Shown: positions 30,678 to 39,391 of the stretch, in pieces
Position numbering within the stretch: the first letter of the stretch is position 1
Layout: each line of letters starts with the position of its first letter
DNA from: Sandaracinaceae bacterium
GTDB lineage: Bacteria > Myxococcota_A > Polyangia > Polyangiales > JADJQN01
Direction: 5' to 3'
Length of the DNA: 64,000 bases
Assembly: GCA_016712745.1 (NCBI GenBank)
Contig: JADJQN010000001.1
Coordinates: 1,009,494 to 1,073,493, forward strand
Notes under the pieces: model-generated
Database searches by the model: none
Seen by the model: only the letters and a program-made list of their open reading frames with translations
Told to the model about the DNA's origin: nothing
Translations under genes and position numbers: made by a program

Positions 30678-31657
30678 CAGCTGCTCTCCTCAGGTTTTTC
30701 GCCGAGCTGCGACGCAGGATGAGCGATGCGCTCAAGCGTATCCTCCGAGAGTCGCGGCGCCGGCGGAATCGATGGACTTGGCGGCGGCGGTACTGAACCC
30801 CTAGTCGCGGGAATTGTGACGCGGGCGGTGCTTTCGGGACGCACCGTCGGGCGTTTGCCGGCCTTCTTTTGATAGAAGAGGCCCAGCAAGGCTTCGCGCA
30901 GGCTGTTCGGATCGAGGTTGCGAACCATATTGCCGTTGAAGCAGAGGCTCACTGCCCCCCGCTCCTCCGAGACGACGACAACGACTGCGTCGGTTTCCTC
31001 CGTGATGCCGATGGCTGCGCGGTGGCGCGTACCGAGCGTCTTGTCGAGCTTGGGACTTGCAGTCAGAGGCAGGAACGCGCCGGCTTGCCAAACGCGCTGA
31101 TCCCGAATGACGACCGCACCATCGTGCATGGGATTCTCGAAGCTCGGGATGAAGACGCTGTAAAGAAGCTCGGTCGAAACTTTCGCGTCGAGCGTGGTCC
31201 CCTCTTCGATAAACTCATCAAGGGTCGCGTCGCGCTCGAAGACGATTAACGCGCCGACGCGCTTCTGTCCGAGCATATGCGCCGCTTTTATAACCTCCTC
31301 GATCACTTCGCCTTCTTCGGCGGTGCGCACGGCGCGCAAGAACGGACGGCGACCGAATCGCATGAGCGCGCGGCGAATGTCGTTCTGAAAGACGACGACT
31401 ACAATGATGACGATCGACGCAACGATTCCGTCGAGCAAAGCGTAGAGCGTCATCAGGTCGAGAAAACGCGCAACTTCATAGATGACCAAGATCATCAGCA
31501 GGCCGACGCCCATCTGCATCGCACGCGTGCCGCGTAGCAGAAGCAAGACGCGATAGACGATGAACGCGACGATGAAGATATCGAATACGTCGCGCGCCAT
31601 GGCGAGCGGTGAGCGGTGAAGAAACGCGGTGAAATAGGAGAGGATGGAATCGATCAC
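30677..31657 (-). CDS. cdaA: Diadenylate cyclase CdaA (membrane-anchored DAC domain) with a Pro-rich C-terminal extension
   Basis: The DAC motifs are HDGAVVI and GTRHRAAIGITEETDAVVVVVSEERG, and there are three N-terminal TM helices. The proposed GTG start at 31655-31657 overlaps the folP stop (GTGA). An alternative ATG lies at 31597. The track ORF extension to 31972 lies inside folP. Confidence 0.88.
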   Translation of the reverse strand: MIDSILSYFTAFLHRSPLAMARDVFDIFIVAFIVYRVLLLLRGTRAMQMGVGLLMILVIYEVARFLDLMTLYALLDGIVASIVIIVVVVFQNDIRRALMRFGRRPFLRAVRTAEEGEVIEEVIKAAHMLGQKRVGALIVFERDATLDEFIEEGTTLDAKVSTELLYSVFIPSFENPMHDGAVVIRDQRVWQAGAFLPLTASPKLDKTLGTRHRAAIGITEETDAVVVVVSEERGAVSLCFNGNMVRNLDPNSLREALLGLFYQKKAGKRPTVRPESTARVTIPATRGSVPPPPSPSIPPAPRLSEDTLERIAHPASQLGEKPEESS

Positions 31658-32553
31658 ACGCCCCCCAGGTCGCGCGCGTGCATCGCTGCCAAAGTAAGCT
31701 CTACGGTTTGGCGCATCGGAGCAACGTCGTGAACGCGAACCGCGTGGGCGCCGGCGAGCACGGACATCGTGATAGCCGCAGCGGTGCCCCCTAGTCGGTC
31801 GGTGGGCTGAGGCGTCTCGCCAACCGCGTGGCGCACAGCTTCTGCGATGAAGGATTTGCGTGAAGGCCCAACCAAGACCGGGCGTCCTGTGGAAACGAAT
31901 GCGTCGATATGCGCCAGCAAATGAAGAGACTGCGACCACGTTTTGGCAAATCCCAGACCCGGATCGATCCAAATCTTATGCAGCGGCACGCCCCGCGCGC
32001 ACGCGCGCGCCACTGCCACTTCAAGCTCACGCACAACGTCCCCGACGAGGTCGCTGTACCGCGTCGTGGTCTCATCGATCTGGCCACGGTCGCGCGTATG
32101 CATCAGCACGAGCTCGACGCCGGCTTGCGCGACCACCTGCAAGAGCTCGGCGGACGCTCCGCAGGAAACGTCGTTCACAATCTTCGCGCCCGCGCGAATC
32201 GCTGCGCGCGCAACATCTGCTTTCACAGTGTCGATCGAAACGACGGCGTGATGCTCCCGGCAGAGAATCTCGATTACCGGCGCGGTTCGTCGAATCTCTT
32301 CTTCAACCGAGATAGTTTCGGCGCCGTCGCCGTAGGTTGTGCCTTTGGGCCGGGAGGATTCGCCGCCCACGTCGATGACGTGCGCCCCGCTGCGCAGCAT
32401 CCGAACGCCCTGCTCCACCGCTTTGTCACGCGAAAGAAACTCGCCGCCGTCGCTGAAGGAGTCGGGCGTAACGTTGAGCACGCCCCAAATCGCCACCTGA
32501 TGGCCACGGGATGCAGAATTCGAATGCTCGAGCGAAGTCCCCCCGCGAACCAT
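31654..32553 (-). CDS. folP: Dihydropteroate synthase
   Basis: The ORF is 299 aa. The motifs GVLNVTPDSFSDGG, DVGGESSRP and the pterin-binding barrel pattern are present. Confidence 0.93.
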   Translation of the reverse strand: MVRGGTSLEHSNSASRGHQVAIWGVLNVTPDSFSDGGEFLSRDKAVEQGVRMLRSGAHVIDVGGESSRPKGTTYGDGAETISVEEEIRRTAPVIEILCREHHAVVSIDTVKADVARAAIRAGAKIVNDVSCGASAELLQVVAQAGVELVLMHTRDRGQIDETTTRYSDLVGDVVRELEVAVARACARGVPLHKIWIDPGLGFAKTWSQSLHLLAHIDAFVSTGRPVLVGPSRKSFIAEAVRHAVGETPQPTDRLGGTAAAITMSVLAGAHAVRVHDVAPMRQTVELTLAAMHARDLGGV

Positions 32554-32577
32554 GAACGAAAGCTCCCTTCGGCTTGA

Positions 32578-34514
32578 TCAGCCGCCCGACGGTACCTCAC
32601 GAGGCCGCGGGGTGAAGATGGCTCCCTTGCGCTTATCCTTCGCCGACTTTTGCTTCTCGGCGTAGGTCGGAATGATGATGCGCTCACGCGGGGGAAGAGG
32701 CTCGCCCTTCATGAGTGCGTCAATCTCGCCGTGGTCGAGCGTCTCACGCTCCATCAAACCTTCGGCGATGGCGTCGAGACCCTTGCGGTTCTCTTGCAAA
32801 AGCTTCATCGCGCGGGCGTGCTGCTCGACAATGATGCGATGGACTTCCGCGTCGATCTCCTTCGCCGTCTGCTCGGAATATTCGCGCGGGCGTCCACCCC
32901 CAAAGCCGCCGAGGAAAACGTCTTCCTTTTCAGCGTACGAGAGCGGGCCGATGATCGCGCTCATGCCCCACTCCGTGACCATGGCGCGAGCCATTTGAGT
33001 GGCCATGCGGAAATCCGATGCAGCGCCCGACGTGAGCTGACCGAAAACGATTTCCTCAGCGCAGCGTCCTGAGAGAGCCATGGAGATTTTGTCGAGTGCT
33101 TGCTCGCCCGACCAGCTCAAGCGATCTTCCTTCGGCAACGACATGGTCACGCCCAGCGCAGGTCCACGCGGAATAATCGAAACCTTGTGAATCGGATCGT
33201 GCTTTGGAAGGAGCATACCTGCGATGGTGTGACCCGCTTCGTGCCAGGCGGTCATCTTCTTGTCTTCGTCGCTCATGATCATCGAGCGACGCTCGGTGCC
33301 CATGAGGACTTTGTCCTTCGCCATCTCGAAGTCGGACATGCTGACGGCGTCTTTGTCCTGACGCGCGGCAAGCAGAGCGGCTTCGTTGACGAGGTTCTCG
33401 AGGTCAGCGCCTGAGAAGCCGGGAGCTCCCCGCGCGATGACTTCAAGATCGACATCGGGCGAGAGCGGCGTCTTCTTGGTGTGCACCATCAAGATGCCGA
33501 GGCGCCCCTTCAGATCCGGACGTGGAACCATGATGCGGCGGTCGAAACGACCGGGGCGCAGAATGGCAGGGTCGAGAACGTCGGGGCGGTTGGTTGCAGC
33601 GATGATAATGACGCCTTCGTTCGATTCGAAGCCGTCCATTTCGACGAGAAGCTGATTGAGCGTCTGCTCGCGCTCGTCGTGTCCGCCGCCCATGCCTGCG
33701 CCGCGATGACGGCCGACTGCGTCGATTTCATCGATGAAGATGATGCAGGGAGCGTGCTTTTTGCCCTGCTCGAACAAGTCGCGAACGCGGCTCGCTCCTA
33801 CGCCGACAAACATTTCGACGAAGTCAGAGCCCGAGATGCTGAAGAACGGCACTCCTGCTTCGCCGGCGATGGCGCGCGCAAGCAAGGTCTTACCCGTGCC
33901 CGGAGCACCCATGAGCAAAACGCCCTTCGGGATACGGCCGCCAAGGCGCTGGAACTTCTTCGGGTCCTTCAGAAAGGCGATGATCTCTTCGCAATCATCT
34001 TTCGCTTCATCGATGCCGGCGACGTCCGCGAAGGTGACCTTGTTCTGCGTCTCATTCAAAAGGCGCGCGCGCGATTTGCCGAAGCTCATCGCCTTCCCCC
34101 CGACGCCTGCAACTGGCGCATGAAGAAGAAGAACACGACCAAGAGGAAGATCATCGGCAGCCACGTCACGAGCAGGCTCGTCCACAAGCTGTTCTGATCG
34201 TCCGGTACGTAGGTCACGCGCACGTGATGGTCGAGAAGCTCTTTCGAGATGTCGTTGTTCACGACACCGTACGAAAGCTTCTTCACGGTCTCGGCTGTCG
34301 GCCCGGTGCCTGTGGTTTGCCAGTAGGCAATCTCGCCGCCGTTGTCGCGCGACTTGATTTCGACGCGTGTCACGTGGCCCTCGCGAACGTCCGCAACGAA
34401 ATCGCTGAACGGAACCGTGCGTGGCTGCTCGTCGTTCGCGACGAGCGTGTAGATCGCGCCAAACATCATGATCAAGAGCACCCAAAGGAGCGCTGTTTTA
34501 TGACTTTGCTTCAC
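32578..34514 (-). CDS. ftsH: ATP-dependent zinc metalloprotease FtsH, split into two frames by a 1-nt indel in a C6/G6 run
   Basis: The N-terminal TM/periplasmic part is track ORF 34086..34514. The AAA+ part has Walker A GAPGTGKT, Walker B IIFIDEID and SRH. The M41 motif is HEAGH. These sit in the frame of track ORF 32578..34485. The junction [12 protein letters not shown]|[10 protein letters not shown] is restored by adding one G at 34096-34101. Confidence 0.9.
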
Positions 34515-34779
34515 GTCACCCTCATCCCAGCCGAAACAACCAAAGGAATTTTGCCCCTCGAATCGGATAACGGCTCACCGATATCGAGCACAACCTCAAG
34601 GAGCCCAAACCCTTGGAGATCGTGATGGTTCTGAGTAGCACACGGGGTCATTTCATTCAACGCGTGGGGCCTTCCAAATGCACTTCGATTTTCATACGAC
34701 GCGCAGCGCGTCCGTTTGTTTCAGACCTAGCCTAACCATGGGGTTGAAAGGTCCAAACCGTCAGGGGTGATCAGGGGGC

Positions 34780-35823
34780 CTATTGGTCAAGAAGTGTGTC
34801 GACCGCGGTACTGGTCTCTTGGCTTCGGTCGCTCCGCGTGTGACGAGAGTCGCTACGGATCACCCGGAAAAGCTGGCGATCTGGCGAAATCTCGCCGACC
34901 CATTGGTGCGGCAGGAGAACCGACCCACGATCGATCGCGAGCATGTGCACGAGCGCCTCAGTTTGGGCACGGCCGGGCGTAGCGCCGGTCGTTGCACGCA
35001 CGAGCTCGCGCAGGACAGCCCGAAGAACCGCCGGCGGAACTCTTTCTAACCCTTCGATTGAAAGGGTGCCCTCACCGCGTGACGCCTTGCGCAAAACGCG
35101 GCGCGCTCGGGAGCGAAGCACGGATGCGGCCGAACGGGCGTCGTCGGCCAACGCCGCGAGGTGGCGGACGACCGCAGGATCTTCGAGGGAAAGTCGCGGC
35201 AGAAGGTCCGACCGCACCCGCGCTCGCAGAAAGCGTGAATCCACATTGCTCGGGTCGTTCCGGACCACAAGGCTGCGTTCCTGCACGTACGCGTGCACAT
35301 CACGACGCGCGCAGTCAATGAACGGGCGCACTACCCCATCGCGGCGCACCGGCGCGATACCGGCCAAGCCTTCGATGCCAGCACCGCGCAAGATTCGCGC
35401 GAGCACCGTCTCCGCTTGGTCGTCCATGGTGTGGCCGACGGCAACCCGGCGCGAGCCGATTTCCTGCGCTTTTCTGAGCAACGCTTGGTAGCGCACTTCA
35501 CGCGCCGCGTCTTGAATCGATGCCTGCTCAGGCACTTTGACCGTGAGCGAGTGAAACGGCGCGCCGATATTCGACGCATGCGCACGAGCGCACGCCACAT
35601 CCAGATCGGCGTCAGCGCGCAAGCCGTGGTCGACGGACGCGACATGAATTGTAAACTGCATCTCGCGAGAGAGACGCGATAGGACGTCGAGCATCGCAAC
35701 CGAGTCCGGACCGCCCGAACACGCAACAAGCACGACGTCGCCCGGCGCAACCATGCGTCGCTCGTTGAGAGTGCGTCGAGTACGCGCAAGAAGCATGGCG
35801 CAAACTAGCACGGATGCCCGCAT
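34780..35823 (-). CDS. tilS: tRNA(Ile)-lysidine synthase
   Basis: The PP-loop motif is VLVACSGGPDS. Downstream conserved blocks include GHTMDDQAETVL and RPFI. The start codon is uncertain (35823 or 35796). Confidence 0.88.
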   Translation of the reverse strand: MRASVLVCAMLLARTRRTLNERRMVAPGDVVLVACSGGPDSVAMLDVLSRLSREMQFTIHVASVDHGLRADADLDVACARAHASNIGAPFHSLTVKVPEQASIQDAAREVRYQALLRKAQEIGSRRVAVGHTMDDQAETVLARILRGAGIEGLAGIAPVRRDGVVRPFIDCARRDVHAYVQERSLVVRNDPSNVDSRFLRARVRSDLLPRLSLEDPAVVRHLAALADDARSAASVLRSRARRVLRKASRGEGTLSIEGLERVPPAVLRAVLRELVRATTGATPGRAQTEALVHMLAIDRGSVLLPHQWVGEISPDRQLFRVIRSDSRHTRSDRSQETSTAVDTLLDQ

Positions 35824-35875
35824 GCGGATGGCGAATCGCGTGAGCCGTTTCCCGTGCTATGCGGTCCCAAGGGCT

Positions 35876-37156
35876 ATGCTTAACAAAACATTCGCAAACA
35901 TTGCTGCCGTCACCGTAATGCTCGTCGGCACATCGTGCGCTCAGTCTTTCGAAGTGCTCAGCACAAGCGACGCAGGTGCAGACGGTGGCCCACCCGTAGT
36001 TAGCATAAGCGACGCGGGTGCCGACGCCGCGACACCAGTGCCCCCCGGCTGTGCTGCCCAGGCATTCCATGTGTGCTCGAACGCGTGCACGGATGACATG
36101 TTCCCAACCTACCTTTGGGACGGGAGCCGGTGCGTCGCCGTGTGCCCAATTACGTGCGTCGGTGCTGACTGTGGGAGCGGTTCCTCGAGCCCCCAAGAGT
36201 GCATGAACGCGCACGCGCAGTGTGCGCCTGCACTCTGCGGCCTGACGGGAGGAACCTGGAACCCTGCGCAGGGATGCCCGTACGAATGCGGAGCGCGAAT
36301 CAATGACGTTGGGGGATCCGTCCCTTGCGCCGGCGTCGCGGGATGTCAGTGCGCGCCCGGAGAGACTTTCGACGCGGCGAGCGGCTGCGTCGCGGCCCTT
36401 TCCTGCACACGAACCCAGTTGTGCGAGGCAAGTGGCGGCGAGTGGCGCCAGCCGCGCGACACGGCGCGGCACTTCTACGAATGCGGTGAGGATCTGGCGG
36501 CCGAGTTGGAACCGGCTCCGTCCATTGAAGAGTTCTGCTTCTGCGGGCACGGAGGCACGGCGAGCTCAACGACTCACACCTGTGTTTATGGAGCAGACTG
36601 TCGCGCCCGCGCCAGCGATGAAAGCGATCGGGAGTACGCAGACAACTTGTGTACGAGCAGCGGTGGAACCTGGCACACGACGGATTCAGAACACTCATTC
36701 TGCGGCCTTCGCGGTGGCGTGTCCGGGACGGGAGCATGCGAGTGCGGGCCACTGGAAAACTTCGATGCAAGCGCAGGCTGCGTGATCGACGGGGCGTGCT
36801 ACTCGCGCAGCATTGGTAACAACTGCTCCGCGGCTATCAGCGCATACTGCGAGGGGCCCGACGCGTATTGCGACACAAGCGACCCATTCTCTGGAGCGTA
36901 TACGTGTTCGCTAACCTCGCGGTCGTTCTGCGAAATGCCCGCGCACCGCCCCGAGTGTCAGAACATCGGAACGCGCAGTGAAGGCTGGTACTGGGTGGAC
37001 ACGGGCGATTTGATCTGCTGGACCTCCTGCGCATCAAGCACGCCCGTGTGCGAAACACGCACCGGCGCAGGTGGCACCGGATGGTTCACCGACGACACCT
37101 CCGGCTGCGGCAACGATCCGCCAAGCGCCTTCATCGTCGCTGACACGTGCGCCTAA
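35876..37156 (+). CDS. Secreted Cys-rich repeat protein
   Basis: The start is taken at MLNKTFANIAAVTVMLVGTSCAQS. The 426 aa include a very high Cys count. The motif C-x3-GG-x-W recurs (CGLTGGTW, CEASGGEW, CTSSGGTW). Confidence 0.65.
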   Translation: MLNKTFANIAAVTVMLVGTSCAQSFEVLSTSDAGADGGPPVVSISDAGADAATPVPPGCAAQAFHVCSNACTDDMFPTYLWDGSRCVAVCPITCVGADCGSGSSSPQECMNAHAQCAPALCGLTGGTWNPAQGCPYECGARINDVGGSVPCAGVAGCQCAPGETFDAASGCVAALSCTRTQLCEASGGEWRQPRDTARHFYECGEDLAAELEPAPSIEEFCFCGHGGTASSTTHTCVYGADCRARASDESDREYADNLCTSSGGTWHTTDSEHSFCGLRGGVSGTGACECGPLENFDASAGCVIDGACYSRSIGNNCSAAISAYCEGPDAYCDTSDPFSGAYTCSLTSRSFCEMPAHRPECQNIGTRSEGWYWVDTGDLICWTSCASSTPVCETRTGAGGTGWFTDDTSGCGNDPPSAFIVADTCA

Positions 37157-37360
37157 CGCGGCGGAGGTTTTGAACCGCCAACACGCCAGTGACGCCAGCA
37201 AATTCGAACTCGCCCAAACCTCAAATTCCGAATCTAGGAATTTCTGGTTTTGTGCGCACATGTTTCGCTCGTACTGGCGTTACTGGCGCCTTGGCGGTTA
37301 GCCCTGCCTTGACGGGGAGGACCGTGTTGATTGTTGTGGGGTTTCGATCACAATCGGGGG

Positions 37361-38311
37361 GTGAGCTCGACGCGACGGGATTTCTTGATTTCGACGGGCG
37401 TGGTAGCGGGTGCTGCGCTGCTTGGCTGCAAGCCGAGTCGCGCGCCTGCGCAAGTGAACGTCTCGCAGCGAAGGGTTGCGCAGTTAGTTCCGGGCTTGCC
37501 GAGTGCTGATGGCGCGGGCGTTCGGCTCTCGCGCGTGATCGGTCAGCCGATGCTGCGCAACCTTGACCCTTTCATTCTTCTCGATCGCATTCACTCCGAT
37601 GAGCCGCGCGATTACGCGGCTGGGTTTCCGCAGCATCCACATCGCGGATTTGAAACTGTCACCATCATGCTCGATGGCAACATTGAGCATCGCGATAGCC
37701 GCGGCAATCACGGCATCATCACGGGAGGCGGTGCGCAATGGATGACAGCCGGTCGCGGCATCGTGCATTCCGAGATGCCGGCACAGCGTGAGGGACTATT
37801 CTCGGGCTTTCAGCTCTGGGTGAATCTCCCGGCGCGCGAGAAAATGTGCGCCCCGTATTATCACGACCTCTCGCCGACGGTGATTCGAGAAGCATCGCTT
37901 TCGCAGGCAGGAAGCCACGTTCGCGTGATTGCCGGTCACGTGAGCGGACTCGACGGTCCCGTCCGCGAGCGCCCTACCCAACCAACGTTGCTCACGCTCG
38001 CACTTGAAGACGACACTCCGTTCACCCTCGATGTCGCTCGCGAGAATGCCGCATTTGCGTTTGTGCATCGCGGAAGCGTCGAGATTGGCCGAGATGGTCA
38101 CTCAACGCATGTGCCAGAGGGCACTCTCGCCGTGCTCAGCGCCGGCAATCGCGTGCGGATGCGAGCGCTCACGCAGGCAGCCGGAGTTCTCTTTGCGGCG
38201 GCGCGTCCGATTCACGAACCGATTGTGCAGCGTGGCCCCTTCGTGATGAACAGCGAAGCCGAGATTGAGCAGGCATTCGCTGACTACCGCGCCGGCACGC
38301 TCGGCACGTAG
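37361..38311 (+). CDS. Pirin-family cupin protein with a Tat signal and lipobox
   Basis: The pirin motif is GFPQHPHRGFETVTIMLDG..EHRDS.G and AQWMTAGRGIVHSEMP. The N-terminus (GTG 37361) reads VSSTRRDFLISTGVVAGAALLGC, giving a twin-arginine motif plus lipobox. The track ORF starts at 37331. Confidence 0.85.
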   Translation: MSSTRRDFLISTGVVAGAALLGCKPSRAPAQVNVSQRRVAQLVPGLPSADGAGVRLSRVIGQPMLRNLDPFILLDRIHSDEPRDYAAGFPQHPHRGFETVTIMLDGNIEHRDSRGNHGIITGGGAQWMTAGRGIVHSEMPAQREGLFSGFQLWVNLPAREKMCAPYYHDLSPTVIREASLSQAGSHVRVIAGHVSGLDGPVRERPTQPTLLTLALEDDTPFTLDVARENAAFAFVHRGSVEIGRDGHSTHVPEGTLAVLSAGNRVRMRALTQAAGVLFAAARPIHEPIVQRGPFVMNSEAEIEQAFADYRAGTLGT

Positions 38312-39391
38312 TCACTCGTTTCCTTCGCGACGCCAAATGAAAGCGTCGAGAAAGTAGTGGGTGAGTTGCGGCATGGCCAAGAGCGGCACCAGAAATGCCA
38401 GCGCAGTTTCGCCAACCAGCGGTGCGTGACCGAAGATGTTCGGATGATCGTGCCACACGTAACGATCCCAGAGAGTTTCTTCCACAAACGCGAGTGCAAG
38501 CACCGTCACCAGAAAAGCCGGCCATCCGATGCGCGCAAGCCGTACCAGCGCTCCTTCGCCAAGCTGCGCCGCGCGCCGATCCCCATAACGGAACGTGAGA
38601 AAGAAATACGGGATCCCATGCACCAAGACGTTCATCACCGTGAACGCAAAGTCGGAGTCGAACAAGACGATGCCTACGTACCACGTCAGCGCTGTGGTGC
38701 TCAGCAAGAGCAAACGTCCCCACGCCGGCCGGCCCGTGCTACGCGCGTGCATCGCAAATCGAACGCACCACACCAGCAGCGTTGCCACGTAGAGCGGACG
38801 CACAATGTTGACGACGTCCGGCGCGAGACCCGTGATGAAGTCCCCCTCAAGCATCCACGCGAATCGTCGCGGCAAGCGTGCATGCCAGACGATGAGCGGA
38901 TAAAGCATCGCGATGTAGGCCGCGCCGAGATCAAGCAGGCGCTCGTAAGAACTAATGCTCGGATCGCGACGATGATAGAGGCGCATCCAGCCGACTTGTT
39001 GGCGCACAAAATGAAACACTGCCGTATAGGCAACCACGCGCCAAAACAACAGGGCCGAAAATCCGTACGCGAGCAGCCCCACGAGATATGCGAGCACGGG
39101 TGCACCTACGTAGAGCACGACGCGACGTCTGATTTCCGTCTTGTCCAGATAGACGCGAAATATCGTCGACCAAACGTGTGCCACATCCACTGCGACCACG
39201 CAGAGCAACCACACCCACGCTGGAGTGTCGTGGTGCAAAAGTCCCAGCGCGTAGCCAGCCGCGAGCAACGCGAACGCAAGTGCGGTGCTTCCACCAAAAG
39301 CGAGCAGGTCGGAGCGGCGGCCGAAGAGCCATTCGCGCTGCTCTGAAGATCCGAACGACGCGCGCACGCTACATGCGGGGCCGCCCGTCAC
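38312..39391 (-). CDS. Polytopic membrane protein of unknown function with spaced His motifs, last gene of the polyamine-like operon
   Basis: The proposed GTG start at 39389-39391 overlaps the oxidoreductase stop (GTGA). The 359 aa contain about 9 hydrophobic segments. His-containing motifs are VDVAHVWST, FHFVRQQVGW, VLVHGIPYF and LTHYFLDAFIWRRE. The upstream part of the 449-aa track ORF lies over the oxidoreductase C-terminus in another frame. Confidence 0.6.
   Translation of the reverse strand: MTGGPACSVRASFGSSEQREWLFGRRSDLLAFGGSTALAFALLAAGYALGLLHHDTPAWVWLLCVVAVDVAHVWSTIFRVYLDKTEIRRRVVLYVGAPVLAYLVGLLAYGFSALLFWRVVAYTAVFHFVRQQVGWMRLYHRRDPSISSYERLLDLGAAYIAMLYPLIVWHARLPRRFAWMLEGDFITGLAPDVVNIVRPLYVATLLVWCVRFAMHARSTGRPAWGRLLLLSTTALTWYVGIVLFDSDFAFTVMNVLVHGIPYFFLTFRYGDRRAAQLGEGALVRLARIGWPAFLVTVLALAFVEETLWDRYVWHDHPNIFGHAPLVGETALAFLVPLLAMPQLTHYFLDAFIWRREGNE

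Noticed and set aside
31658-31972. N-terminal extension of the cdaA ORF (431-aa track ORF)
   Set aside because: It lies inside folP in another frame, with an Arg-rich composition. The GTG at 31657 overlaps the folP stop and precedes the expected three TM helices.
32578-34514. Naturally split two-subunit FtsH (membrane anchor plus soluble protease)
   Set aside because: The break lies exactly in a C6/G6 homopolymer, and one added base gives a canonical FtsH junction ([10 protein letters not shown]). The ATG used by the second piece is the conserved Met of normal FtsH. I treat it as a probable indel pending read evidence.
34598-34730. 41-aa plus-strand small ORF (TTG start after AAGGAG) in the tilS-ftsH spacer
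   Set aside because: It has a non-ATG start and no recognisable features. The only hairpin lies inside it. It cannot be distinguished from chance without conservation or expression data.
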